Part shown: piece after piece, positions 41,416 through 55,719 of the stretch
Position numbering within the stretch: the first letter of the stretch is position 1
Layout: each line of letters opens with the position of its first letter
DNA from: the human T2T-CHM13v2.0 reference genome, Homo sapiens
Length of the DNA: 64,000 nucleotides
Reading direction: 5' to 3' (one strand)
Assembly: GCF_009914755.1 (NCBI RefSeq)
Contig: NC_060937.1
Program-made: the position numbers and the translations under genes
Notes under the pieces: model-generated
Told to the model about the DNA's origin: nothing
Databases searched by the model: none
The model's input: only the letters and a program-made list of their open reading frames with translations

Positions 41416-41737
<322 letters not shown>

Positions 41738-41963
41738 GTTCTGATATTCTTATCACATTAAATGACTCCTTTCAAATTTCATCTTTTTTTTCCCATTTAA
41801 TCTTCGTAATAACCCTGTTTAGATCATTACTATCCAGTTTCTGTTCCTATAGTGTTTTGCTTTCGTTCTGTAGTTTTAACATTTTTACATTCCTCTCTGC
41901 ATTCTGGTTGTGTTTCTATATCCCCTTGCCTTCAGACTGTAAGTTCCTTGAGAATAATGAATC

Positions 41964-42255
41964 TTTTTTTTTTTTTGAGACAGAGTCTTGCTCTGTCACC
42001 CAGGCTGGGGTGCAATGGCATGATCTCAGCTTACTGCAACCTCTGCCTCCTGGGTTCAAGTGATTCTCCTGCCTCAGCCTCCTAAGTAGCTGGGACCACA
42101 GGTGCCTGCCACCATACCTGGCTAATTTTGTATTTTTAGTAGAGACGGGGTTTCACCATGTTGGCCAGGATGGTCTTGATCTCCTGACCTCGTGATCCAC
42201 CTGCCTCAGCCTCCCAAAGTGCTGGGATTACAGGTGTGAGCCACTGCACCCGGCC
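41964..42255 (-). mobile_element. Alu (AluSc-like)
   Basis: Full Alu; TSD GAGAATAAT(G/A)AATC. Confidence 0.94.
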
Positions 42256-42729
42256 AGAGAATAATAAATCATTTTCATCATTTTTCTTTCAAAAAGTAGT
42301 ACTCCCAAAGAACATTTATTGAGCACATGCTAATCGCTAATGAGTGCCAGGAAAACAAAGAGAAGAAGGCATGTGTAGTCTCTGTTCTCATGGAGTTGAT
42401 ATTCCACTGGCAGGAGAATAATAATAGATGGGAAACATAGACAAACAAAGTAGTTACAAACTGTGATACATGCTATAAAGCAAGCACACAGGGCAATGGG
42501 ATAAGAGAGTCTTGGGGAGGGGGATATTTCGTTAGATAGGGTATAGGAGCTGGCTTCTTTGTAGTGGTGATCTGGGAGATGAGAAATGGCACTGGGAAGG
42601 CCATGTGGAACACTCTGGAGAGTAGCAACAATGTCCTAAGGCAGGCAAAAGCTTGGCATATATAAGGAATTGTCAGACGTCATTTTGTGGTAAGGGGTAG
42701 ACATGTAGAAGGAAGAGTTGGATATTTAG

Positions 42730-43067
<338 letters not shown>

Positions 43068-43137
43068 CGAACTGTGTTTTAAGTTTAGTTGGAAGCCATT
43101 GCATGGTTTTAAGCAGGAATGTGATATTGTATAACTT

Positions 43138-43171
<34 letters not shown>

Positions 43172-43467
43172 ATTTTTTTTTTTTTTGAGATGGAGTCTCA
43201 CTCTGTCACCCAGGCTGGAGTGCAAAGGCACAATCTTGGCTCACTGCAACCTCCGCCTCCCAGGGTTCAAGCAATTCTCCTGCCTCAGCCTCCTGAGTAG
43301 CTGGGATTACAGGTGCACACCACCACTCCCGGCTAATTTTTGTATTTTTAGTAGAGATGGGGTTTCACCATGTTGGTCAGGCTGGTCTCGAACTCCTGAC
43401 CTCCTGATTGGCTCACCTCGGCCTCCCAAAGTGCTGGGATTACCGGCATGAGCTGCCATGGCCAGCC
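43138..43467 (-). mobile_element. Alu (AluS) with a (TA)n microsatellite in its tail
   Basis: (TA)~16 at 43138-43170, then poly-T and a full Alu. Confidence 0.93.
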
Positions 43468-45664
43468 AAATGATATGTATTTTTAAAGATAATGTAGATA
43501 ATTATTGAATTAAACTATCTTTTCATAAGAAGAGGGCTTATTTACTCTAATTGAATATTAATAGTCTTTGTTTCTTCATATGAAACATTTGCAGAGCCTT
43601 CAAAGTCTCCATGAATAAAACCATCAAAAATAAAAGAACGCTTAATTCAAATTTTTCATGTTCATTGTCTTGGCCAGTTAGTTTTAATTGTTTCATTTCT
43701 ACTAATTTATGAACAAGGTTTGGCTAAACAATAATAAACAATCTTCTAGTATAAACAGAGCCCTGGAGAGTGGGGGGTGGTAACTGTTTGCGTGAGTATG
43801 ATGCCCCTTTAATTGAATTCACAGAACACATTAAAAAAAAAGTACAATAATTTGTCTTTGTAATAAAACCCCCTCCCTTCACTTTATTTCTCTCTTCATT
43901 CAGGGTTACTCCTCATAAATTTAAGAAGTTCTTTTATTGTTTTAAGCAGGAGTTTACACATACCTGGGAGTAATTAATTTAACTTTTTACAGATTTCTTT
44001 GTAGTGTGGGGGTAACTTTCTGACCTTTCTTCTATTTAGAATGAATGAATGAAATGGTACTGGGTTTCCATAGAATAGTCTAAAGAAGGGGAAAAGAGAT
44101 GTGATGGGAATAACAACTTTTAGACCCAAATGGGGAAGAATCTAAAGAACAGACTTTCTACTTGAAGAGATTCAAGTCCATTGCTCTTAGAAAAGTTTTC
44201 TGGTAATAACTCAACTTGGAATAATGCAGCAAGTTTATATTGGTAGCCACCTATTTGTAGCTGAAAAGACTGGAAATAGTTCACACAATGAAACCCAGCT
44301 ATGAGGCAAACTGACATAAACCAAATGTTCCTGATAGATCCACCTACTCTTTGCAAACAGAATGGGATCTGCAACAGTGGGAGTCTGGTCCATCTCTAAT
44401 TTTATTCTGTCTTATTGGTACTCATCCTGATTAGATTGGAGATGGAGTAAATGTCTTAATTAACTTAAACATATAACTACTCCAGGATGTATTTCTAAGT
44501 TCAAGGTACTCTGGGAGAAAATGAGCTGTTTAATTTAACGAATGTGATTTATGGTGAAATTTATCATGAAATTTGCTGAAATTTCTAAAATTTTTAAAAA
44601 TAGTTTTCAGGATGGTAATTGCTGTAAGGGGTAAAATTATTATGTGCATATTAATAGCCTTTAAGCATTTTATGAAGTAATCCAGTAAAATTGACTTCTA
44701 GTCAGTCCCCGCTATACTTGCTTTATTGGCAACATTTCATCTGTGGGTTGCTGTTGAGACATTTTTACTGTTTACCAGATGGGGTAAGATTTTACATAAC
44801 TTAAAACATCTGCTGTCATTGCAGTCCAATATGATCATCTATTTATATTTTTGAATTATATTATTCATTTCCTTTTAAATGATCATGAAAATGTTTTCAG
44901 AAGGACAAGTTTACATGATATTTGTGAAAGACATTTAACTTTTCCCTCTCTTTTTTTCTCGTGTATTTGCTATTAGGATGAGCCATATTTTGGGTCATGA
45001 ATATAGTGAAATATTTAGATGCATCTCCTACTTATGAAGTATTTGATTTCCTAAATTAACTGTTGTTAATGTCACCTCTGCTTTCCCGTACACACCTGTA
45101 TATAATCATTACACTGTAAATATAAAATACAGAAAGCCATTTTAGATCATGCCAAGGGTCTGATACACAAAATGTCTTCAAAAATGCTGTAAGGATAATG
45201 CTGCTCCTTAAAAAGCAGAAGAAGGAAAAGCTATACAAAATAAAGAAGGAAATAGAGTTATTTACTTGGGCTTTGAACTAGCCAATAGTGACAATAACTA
45301 TTGTGTAATTTACAAAGCACTTTTATATATAATAATCAAAAATTGGTTATAGATGTAACTATTGCTGTCCCATTTTATAGACGAGGAAACTAAAGCTTAA
45401 GAGCATTTAACAACTTACCTAAGGTTAGGGTGGTGAAGCTACTGGGGCTCAGAGACCACAGTCCCTTTCTCCAAGAACCTCATTTCATTCCAACATAGCC
45501 AAGTCTGAATTGTTGAATCCTTGAAATCTCAGCTGGCAGCGTGCATGTTCATGATGCTGAGAGGTTAGAATGAGAAGTTTCCTTTTGTTTATGGTTGGAA
45601 TATGGTGCGTAGAGCCTGTTGCTTCTGTGGGCTTAATCACCTCCTGGGTCACAACGCCTTTGAG

Positions 45665-46132
45665 GTATGCTAGGTTGAATTGTGTCTACCCAAACATATC
45701 CATAGTCCTAATGCAGTACATTTGAATATAACCTTATCTGGAAATCACCTTTAAATGTCATTAAATTAAGGATCTTGAAATGAGATTATCCTGGACTTAG
45801 CTTGGGCCCTGACTCCAATGCAGAGTATCCTTATAAGAAATAAGAAAGGAGAAGACACAGAGACACAGAGGCCAAATAAAGATGGAGACAAAGATTGGAG
45901 TTATGCAGCTACAAGCCAAGGAACACCAAGACTTGCTGACAGCCACCAGAAGCCAGGAGAGAAACATGGAATGGATTCTCTCGCTGAGCCTCTAGAAGGA
46001 ACCAACCATGTCAATACCTTGATTTTGACTTTGTACTTCTGGTCTCCAGAACTGCGAGATAATAAATTTTTGATTTTTAAGTGATGAAGTGTGTGGTAGT
46101 TTTTTAAACGGTAGACATAGGAAACTAATACA
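45665..46132 (+). mobile_element. MLT1C-like MaLR solo LTR
   Basis: GGTTGAATTGTGTC...CAAGCCAAGGAACACCAAG...GGAAACTAATACA. Confidence 0.82.
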
Positions 46133-47792
46133 GTTTGACTCTCTTCTAGAAATTGTGAAAATAATAATATATGAAAATCTGAATTTTTGCCGTATTTGTT
46201 TGATATCGAAAATGAGAAAAAAGGCAAGATGACCAGAAGCTACTGACAGAAAAAAAATTAAGAAGCAGCACCATTAGTGGAAGCCAACAAGCCTTTCCAT
46301 TGCTCCTGGGGAGCTGGTCCCAGGTAATATTTGCCTGTTTTATCTGACCTGCCATTTGAGGAATAGGTATGCATGTGATTCAGAAGATTAGGAGTTTAGG
46401 ACATCACTAATTAATTATGCCACCCTGGAATGTCACTTAAATTCTCAGAGCCTCCTTCATAAAATCAACTCACCTTGAGGCCTGTGGGCCTGACACTGCC
46501 AGTCACCCAGCTTAGTAGAAACAGGGCTTTGGAACCAAAACACCTTAGTGCAAATCTTACCTCTATCACTTACTATATATAGGCAGGTTTGCAAATCTCA
46601 ACGTTGTTTCTAGACCATAATGACCATTATATCTTCTTTAAGAGGTATTGAGTGGGTTAAATGGAATAATCTGTGTAAAACATATATATAATGTTTAACT
46701 TTTTTCCCAAATCTTTTAGGGCAAGTTTATCATCATGCTAACTCAATCCTGGAGTCCTAGTGACTGACTAGCAGGTTTCTCAATCTCTTTAAAAAATTTT
46801 CATGTTTTAGATTTGTATCCTTTAAGGGCTTTCTGGTTCGTATTTTCCATATCACCAATGGATGAGGGGTGTGTGTTATATTCTCTTTAGTTTGTTTTCA
46901 GAAAACAATAGGTTGAGTATGTGTATTTTCTTTCAAACTATACGCTCATCACACCTCACACATTCCCCAGTTTGAAAAATCTCTGGACTAATATTCTGGC
47001 TGCAACACACAGGAAATTGTGCCCTAACATTGTCCGGAAAATATCAATGTCAAGCATTTCTCACTGGCTTTACAGAAAAGCTTTTTAAATGAGACAGTTT
47101 TTAATATATACCTAAAATTACACATTTGTATAAATTTAGGCCTGCTTAAAAGTAATAGTATAAAATCAAACCAGGGACCCACAAATGATAAAAACGCAAA
47201 ATACACCCTTACAAGTCCGGATGAACTATTCAGTTCAGTTTCTATTGGTATTTTCCAGTTTAAATAAAACAAATTCCAGCAACCAACAAGTTTCAAAGTA
47301 ACAAATTTTAATTGGCATCTCTCAGCCTGTGATGGGTAGTGAGTTGTATCACCCGAGTAGCACTTACAAAAATTCTCTTTCTTTTCTCCTCTCGTTTCCA
47401 TCACACACTCGAGGTTGCTCTGGAGGACTTTGCTCTGCAGCTCCCAGACTTACTTCATATTCCCAAACCCAGTGTCCTTCCTCCTATGCTCTGTATCTCC
47501 ACACACTCCATTCCTTAGCAAGGCTTGTTGACCTATCCCATCTCTAGCTGCACACACTTCCTTCTGACTGGAAGCAAGGAGGAAGGAGAGGGTTGACCTG
47601 GGCAATGTGAGAAATCTCTTTTGTGGGTCATAGGAGAGGCTGTGAACTTTGAGGTAAAAAGTAATTTTTAGTCCTGTCATAATTTTAATAGCTTAGATTA
47701 ACTTGTAACTTAAAAGTACTTTCAGCTATATTATCATATTTTCTCTTAAAATATCCTATAAAATTCTTACAGTACATTATTATTATTTTCAG

Positions 47793-47859
47793 AGAAGCCT
47801 ACTAACTAGATGGGAGGCAAGCAGCTGTGAGCTGTCTCTTTTAGCACCTGACTTTCCTG
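47793..47859 (+). repeat. Copy A of a ~60-bp dispersed direct duplication, lying inside a MIR
   Basis: 47801-47852 matches 49639-49690 at 51/52. Confidence 0.92.
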
Positions 47860-47956
47860 GCTTGGCTAAGGTAAGTGCAGAGACAAAACTTGAATCTAGG
47901 TCTTTGAACTCCTAGTCCCATGTTTTCTGTCTGCCTGTCTCTGTTTCTGTCCCTTT

Positions 47957-48090
47957 GTCTATTGATCTATCTATATATGTATGTATGTATGTATGTATTA
48001 TCTATCATCTATCTATCTATCTATCTATCATCTATCTATCATCTATCATCTGTCTAATCTATCTACCTACCTACATCATCTATCTACATG
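47957..48090. repeat. Compound (TATG)n/(TCTA)n tetranucleotide repeat
   Basis: Read directly from the sequence. Confidence 0.9.
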
Positions 48091-48789
48091 TATCTGCCTG
48101 TATTCATCCATCTAATTTCATTGCCTCACTGTACCTGTTTGAATGATTGGATGTAACTCAAAGTCTGTGAGTTGAATCCAGGAGGAATAGTCATGTGGTA
48201 GACATCCTCCCAACTGCACAGCAATGGGTGATAGGAGCCAGCCCTTATGGTACTGAAGCTGCCAGTACTTCCTAAAGTGTCATACCAACCAGAGGGGAAC
48301 TATCAGAAGGGGGCACCAAATGGGGGGAAATAAGGCACTGAGACAATTTTATGGGGTGAATATGCTATAAAACTTTAGTGTCACTTATTCCTAATTCCAC
48401 CTTTCCTGAGCAATGCATCTGACCCAAATGAAATGCAATGAAAATAAAATGAAATGCAATGAAAATAAAATGAAATAATTAATTCCCCAGTCCATAAGTG
48501 GAAATCCAAAGTCAGTGGAGAGGAAGCTTTCCAAGTCAAAAATATCATTCAAATATGAATAAATTATATCACATTGTTGTTATTAATTTATCATTCCATT
48601 CAAAGACCTCTTGGGTAGAAAAAGCAGAGGTTTAACATTCATAAAACCTTTTTGACAGTCAGTAGGGTCAGATTCTCATTCCATGCTCATTGTAATTCTC
48701 CTCTCAGTTATCCTACTGAAAATTATTTTCAAAACACATGCTTTGTTACATGTGAATTAAATAGAACCATAAGATCTCTTTTCCCAGAT

Positions 48790-49022
48790 TAGAGGTCACC
48801 AAACTTTTCTTGTAAAAGTTCAGATGGCAAATACTTTAGGTTTGAGGGATATATGGTTTCTGTCTCAATTACTAAACTGTCTGGGCGGCTGGAAAGCAGC
48901 AATGAACATAAATTAATATATGTGCCAAATTAATATATGTGCCTGTGTTCCAAACAACATTATTTACAAAAGCAGGCAGTGGGATGGGTTTGGCCCACAG
49001 GCTGTGGTTTGTTGGCCCCTTT
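48790..49022 (+). mobile_element. MER58A hAT fossil
   Basis: AGAGGTCACCAAACTTTT...ATTTACAAAAGCAGGC...TTTGGCCCACAGGCTGTGGTTTGTTGGCCCCT. Confidence 0.8.
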
Positions 49023-49630
49023 TCTAGATCAAATGGAGAAGTCAGGAGGTGGGGTGTAATCCTGGGAAAATCTGTATTTTTGCTGGACTGAAATGCAGGA
49101 TAAAAATCTATGTATGTTGCTGAACATAGCCACACGAACCTATCCCTATTCATTAATATATGTATTAGTTCACTTTTCTTTCTATGTGGTTAAATAAATC
49201 TACTTACATTTTCATAGCAAAGAAACAAAGGCACTGTTCTCTTGAAGGCTCAGCCTGCTCTGTAGGGGAATGGAAACAATTGCAATTGGAAAAGCAAATA
49301 TTCTTACCAAAGTTTTAAAATCGAAAGTGAAAAAAGAAAAACTTCATTAGCAGTGAGAACTGCGCCTTGGATGCTCATTGGTTTTGAAAGCACCAAATAA
49401 GTGAAAAAAATGAATGCATCAATCCTTCAGAATCAATGCATTTCTCTGGAAATAAAGTGAACTTTCCATTTCAACCCCATTCTCCCTTCATTCACCATAG
49501 ACACACCAGAAATCAGTCCTCCCTGAGTTAAACTACATTATGGTACCAAGCAAAGATTCTTGGTATATAGATTCTTAGCAAAATGACAACCGCACTGCAA
49601 ATCTTAGAAAATGTAACATCAGATTCATAA

Positions 49631-49696
49631 AGAAGCTCACTAACTAGATGGGAGGCAAGCAGCTGTGAGCTGTCTCTTTCAGCACCTGACCTCCTG
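49631..49696 (+). repeat. Copy B of the ~60-bp dispersed direct duplication
   Basis: Matches copy A at 47793-47859. Confidence 0.92.
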
Positions 49697-52600
49697 AGAT
49701 GCTTAATAAAATTGCCTACAAAGTATTACTCTCTCATCAGTGCCAAGAGGCATTTGTGGAGAGATAAATAAAGCTATTTTCCAAAATGGGGAATATTCTG
49801 GCATGCCTGTATTGAAATGACAGTTTCTTTATGGGATGGGAGATGGGCAGGAAAATGCCAGCCAGGTAGTTGCCCCTGTGCCCACCACTAGTAGAAGTTC
49901 TATAATGAGATTCCAAATTAGATTGCTGAACCTCAAAGACAAGGTGCTTCACATCTGTGAGATGTTCAGCTTGACTTTATAATGAGTTCACCGAGCAGAA
50001 TGAACCACACTTGAAATCAAATACTTTGCATGCAGGATGAAGTAAGTGGGGATCAATCATAGTCAGGGAAGTGGCAATTGCTCTGAATGTAATGACACAC
50101 TAAAGGGGGAAAAATGAGAGTGTAAAATGGAGCAGATGAAAGAACCAGTTCATGGCTAACACAAATGGGCAACATTTGTGCCAAGGCAGAGCTGCATGCA
50201 TTAGTCTGTAGAGATGATATCTAAAGAGGGTGGGATGGTGAGAAGTATAAATGTTCACACTCTCTATCCAAAGACATCAACCTACTCAGGAAGCAGCCAT
50301 AATCATCGCCATCTTAGGAAGCATTTTCTGAGTGTATTATTCTCAGAGGCTTTTAACTGGTGACAGACTTTGGAAAAGCAAACAAATTAGTCATGGTAAC
50401 AGGTTGTTTTTTGTTTGAATGCCCACATTCTAGATTAAGCCCACATAACCCACCTACTGGGTATCAACAAATGCATGGCATAAGCCTTAGAGGTATCTTC
50501 TTCCCTATAAGTGGCTGAAGGGCTGCAAAAGCTCTCAGGAACCAGTATCTCTCCCCACACAGGCAGCTTACTTGCAGACTCCCTGAGAGAAGTATCGGCA
50601 CAAAGGTCTGCAGGCTGGCATGGCCGTCACCCCAATAATCCAGGGTCTTTTATTCCAGCCACTCTGCTGTGATTAGTATACCTGCCATAGCTAGGGTTCC
50701 CCCAAGGTAGGGGTCAGCAGATGGAAATAATCATGGATGCCCGAGGTATGATCCACCTCTCCTGTTTCAGAACCAATATCATTACCTGTTTCAATGTCTA
50801 GCGGGGAAATGTCACTGGAGGCCTCATTAACAGCAGACAGTATAGAGAGTCATAGTCTAACTTCTGGCCTTTCTGCAGGATTTAAAGCTTATATTAAGGA
50901 AGGAAGAAAAAGAACAGGTGTCGTGACTTGTCTTTTTCTTTTTTCATACCACAACTGTCACTCATAGGGTTCCAAACGGAATGAAAAGAGCCAAAAGGAA
51001 GCCCAGTGAGTTGCCTGGCCTGGGAGGTCATGATGGTTTATTGCAGCCTTTGTTTTTACGAGAAAGGACAGCAGGCCAGTGTCTCTCTCGCCTACCTTCC
51101 CTTTTAAGATACTCTTTTGACTTGACAGTCTTTTGGCTGTCAAAGCCCCATCCAAATCCCAGCAGGCTCCTGCCTGGGTCAGTGCTGGACATGGTCCTGC
51201 TGCTGGCCTCAGGCTGCCTTCTGGAATCCTCTGGAATGCTTTCTGGAAAGTCACGAGGGGGCAAGTTTTTGTGTTTCATCCTTTTTGTTCCTAGCTGAGT
51301 CTGCTAATGAAAGCTTTCTGCTTTGAGGGGAGAGAGAGGCTGCCCCATCTGGTGCTCTCCTGCCCCCTGGTAAGATTATAGTAATAGAGGGGAGATGCAT
51401 TTAGGACAGCAGTCTCTAGCTGCTACTATAGTTCTTTCTCTAACCTCACCCTGAAATGCAAAGTGATCCTAGCTTGGCAATGAAATAGAACTAGGAATGA
51501 CATGATGGAAGGGTTTGGGGGTCAAAGAAAGCTGGGACACACAGTATAATGCAAAGTTAAACAATGAGGATGTGTGGGATGCGCCTACAGGAAAAGGTGT
51601 TTCCAAAACTATCTGATCTAATAACTTGTCCTCCAGCGTCTCCCAAGAATGTTATTGTAGGGAGAACATTAAGGGTTATTACATAGAGGGAAGGATAATT
51701 GCTGTTTATTATATGTACATATAGAGGTACGAGACTTAAAACACACATGTGCTTACATGTGCGCATGTGTGTGCACACACACACACACTGGACATTGCTC
51801 TCAAGGAGACAAGGAGACTGTGGTCTGTCATTAAGACAAGTACAAATTGATCAGGGGTCTTCAAGGGCAAACCATCAAGAGAGGTGCTATTGTTCTGCTA
51901 TTTGTCTCCCTCTCTCTTTCTTTTAAATTTACTCCTCTCCAATTCATTGAATTTTTTCCCTTATTCTTAGAATCTCTTAGGAAAAATTCTGTGCATTTTT
52001 CTAAGTTGAATCTCATTTTGCTATTCTTGCCCATATTCTTATTCCTAAGGGAAATACATGGCTGGAATTCTTGTGTGTATGACTGATAAAGCCTTTAGAA
52101 AAAGAGATAATGAGGCAGAGACCAACAGAGATCAAAGCATCTCCAGCATAGATATAACACAACAGCTATGTCATCTCAAAAGAAGTCCTGTCATTAATAT
52201 GCTGGGGATGGGAGTCCTTGTCTGAGTGGTCAGGCAGGCGGGCAGCATTTACTAAGAACCTGCAGTGATGCAGACAACTGTCCCAGTCACAGCAGGGAAT
52301 TATGTGGGAAAACGGCACTCTAATAAAAATAAGAGGGACAGAACACAAAGTACTGAAAATACACACAAAAAACCCTTATATTCAGAGACATGTGTAATCC
52401 TGTACATCACTATCTGAGTGTTAAGGATGTTGCTATAATGAAAGAAGGAACCAGAACCTACAGAGGATTGTCTGGCAAGCCCTTGAATACCAAGACACAC
52501 TCGCAACTAGTAGAAAAAAGACTAAACAGAGATGTTCGGTGGGCTGGAACAGTGAGGGTGCAAAGCAACAGGAAGACATTACCACTCTTAGCTTTTTTTG

Positions 52601-53449
52601 CTCAAGCCCCTCTTGGGAGTTCCTATATATGTTCCATCTTAGCTTGGATGGCTGTTTTGGCAAACTAAGCCCCATTTCCTGTCCATGAATCACAGAAAAC
52701 TTGAAGCCTTAGGAAACATAATTTGTCTTCATGTAACCACAGGTGCATTACCATGTCTTCCATCTCAGGAAGTGATTTCTGAATGAAGAATTTGACTTCT
52801 CTTAGCTAACATATGTCCCAATAAGATCAGAGCAGTATGTCACTGTCTTCTCTGGCCCTTTCAACGTTGCTAGGCAGTTAAAATGCCATATGGTAGGTGA
52901 CAAATAAAAGCCATAGCCAATGAAGTCTCTCAAAGCAACTGTCTTAGATGTTTCCCCATTTCCGTGTGATGTCTTGTGCTTGCCGTCATCTTCCTAGCTC
53001 TGCAGTCCCGCTTTAATCCTTGCTTCTGGCCTGTTTCTCTTCGGCAAACCTTGGGACTACTTCAAGATATTAGAGAACAGATCCTCAGTTTCTTGTCCTG
53101 GTTCCTTGGTTTCCATGTGTCCCAGTGTATGTGGGGGCTGAGAGTGGCATTGTTGGCTGAATCACCTTCCCTCTCTCCGCTTTCACCCTCTGCCTCCTTC
53201 ACCTCCCCACTTTGCCCTCTACCTCTTTTACGTCCCCTCCTTCCTTGCCATTCTTCCTGCCTGCGTATACATATCACTAGGGGAGTATTCTGGTACAGAT
53301 GTCTCAGTGATTAAAGTTCTCATACTGATTGAGGAAAGAATATGACTAAAATAATTTCCCTGAAGTGATGAAGTAATTTTTATAAAGTTAAAATAGTGAT
53401 AGAATGGAAGTGGACAAATCTAAGGGAGTTCATTGCCATTTAATTATCC

Positions 53450-53660
53450 ACTAGTTCTCAACTGAGAGTGAGTTTTGCTCCACTCCCCAGGGTACATTTG
53501 GCAATATCTGGCGACACTGATTTTCCTAATTGTGCTGGGTGAAGTTAAGGGTTTGCTACCTGCAGCAATCATTATAGGCTAGGGATGTCCCTAAATATAC
53601 TTCAATACACAGGCCTTCCAAAGCCTAAAATATTAATTGTAGCTTTGTGGAGAAATACTG
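53450..53660 (+). mobile_element. MER20 hAT fossil
   Basis: GTTCTCAACT...CCCCAGGGTACATTTGGCAATATCTGG...GAGAAATACTG. Confidence 0.78.
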
Positions 53661-55146
53661 AGTTACCTTAATTATAACAAAGTCATATTGTTTATAACTG
53701 GTAATTTAGTTTATCTAGGAAGAAAAAGATACGTTTTCCGTAGCTAGGCAAATGGATGCAATTTTCTATGCAACAAATTTTTTGGCTCCTTCTCTTACTC
53801 TGTTTCCATTAAGTGATCTATACCAGAGATCACCAAACTTTTTCTGTTCCAGACGGTAAATGTTTTAGTCTTTGTAGCGATAGGAGGCAAAATTGAGGAT
53901 ACTTATGTCTTAAGAGAGAAAACTCCTGCTGTTTCCTGCTATGTTTGCCTGGAAGGGACAGTCCCTTGGCGTTGGGCAAACTTTATATGCAGTTGTATTT
54001 CAGTGGAGATATTCTCTGGAGGAACAGGAACTGATTCTAGGGGCTGGGGCCTGGTGGTGAGATGACTCCTGGACTGAGATTCTACCACTCGATGCTGACA
54101 GTGAAGTCCCCAGTGTTCAGGTGTCAAAGAGTGCTGGTCCTGTGCAGCAGCAAGACTCAGCTGCCAGCTGGAGGGCAGGTGCTGCTGTGGATCAGGACAC
54201 AGGGCAGATGCCCTGTGCACCTCATAATGCTAGCTGGTTCATGCGGTGCCCATGGGCTCTAGAGAAACAGGAGAATTTGGCTCCTGGGCTGAAGTTTGTT
54301 GTATCCCCCAACCCCTGATTCTGTATCGTCTGTTTCTCCATCTTCCTTTTTCTCCGAGAGGATTATTTAATCTCAGTCTGAAGGAACTTTCTCAAACTTC
54401 AAATGTTTTTGAAGTTTGTAACAACAGTAGAATTTAATTTATTGTAGCAACAATATAATTTATTTTGAACATGGAGAAAAATCATAATCATATTTAAGGG
54501 TTACTTTCTCTAAGTGGAATTAGCCTTGTTCAGATCTGCCATGTAAATACAGCTTTGACTAACCTTTGCGGGGCACTTTGAATCTGTTTTAAAACATCTG
54601 CATCCAGATGGCCTACTATTTAAAAAAAAAAAAGCAAACAAAACAAAAACAAAAAACTTAAGGCTATTAGACATGAGCTTTTCTTCATCCACTAAACCTA
54701 CAAACGTACAGGCCAAAATATTGTTCTGATTTTATTGGCAGAATGTTATAAGAGTTAGTCTGACTAAGTTAAGCACTTCATATATTTTATATAAAAGAAA
54801 GGGAGGTAATTACTAGAAAACAGCCAAAACCCATTCTCACTTCCTTTCTCTATTCTTGGAGAAAGAGTTATATTCTCTTTTGTGTACTTCTTTGTTCAAG
54901 CCTATTCCTTCACCTGTGTGCTTGGTCTATCTATTTTTAATCTCCTTAGAAATAAGCTCTTTAACAATCTTCCCATTGGTATCTACCAAAATTTTCCAGA
55001 AACATCATTCCAAATGATGAATACTTTAGAAGCATTCTTATTGTATTTGAGAAAAACACACAAATGCTTGATATCACTGCTATATAGCTCTCTAGTGGAG
55101 GTCCCAGAGAATGCAATAACACAAGGAAAAAAATCTACTTGCTGGT

Positions 55147-55680
55147 TGTATTAGACAGGGTTCTCCAGAGAGAATCAGTAGGACAGATAGATATAGAAAG
55201 GGGGATTTATTAGGGGAACTGGCTCACATGATTATGGTGTCTGAGGGGTCCCACAAAAGTCCATCTGCAAGCTGGTGTCCCTGGAATTCTGGTAGCATGG
55301 ATCAGTCCAACTCTGAAAGCCTCAGAACCAGGAAAGCTTATGGCATAACTCTCAGTCAGAGGCCAAAGGCCTGAGAACCAGAGGAGGCCACTGGTGTAAG
55401 TCCTGGAATCCAAAGGCCAAAGATCCTGGAGTTGTGATGTCCAAGGTCTAGAGAAGAAGAGTGTCCCAGACCCAAGAAAGAGAGAAAATCATCCTTCCTC
55501 TGCCTTTTTGATTCCATCCACCCCCCAGCTGATTGGGTGGATCTTTTCCACTCAGTCTACTGACTCACCTGGCTATCTCCTCTAGAAACACCCTCACAGT
55601 CAATCCCAGAGGTAATGCTTTACCAGTTATCTAGGCATTTCTTAATCAAGTCAAGTTGATGCCTAAAATTAACTTTCACA
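55147..55680 (-). mobile_element. MLT2 (ERVL) solo LTR
   Basis: TGTATTAGACAGGGTTCTCCAGAG...AATTAACTTTCACA; perfect 5-bp TSD CTGGT. Confidence 0.88.
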
Positions 55681-55719
55681 CTGGTGTATCTTCTGCTCAT
55701 CCTGAATTGGTGTGCTCTC

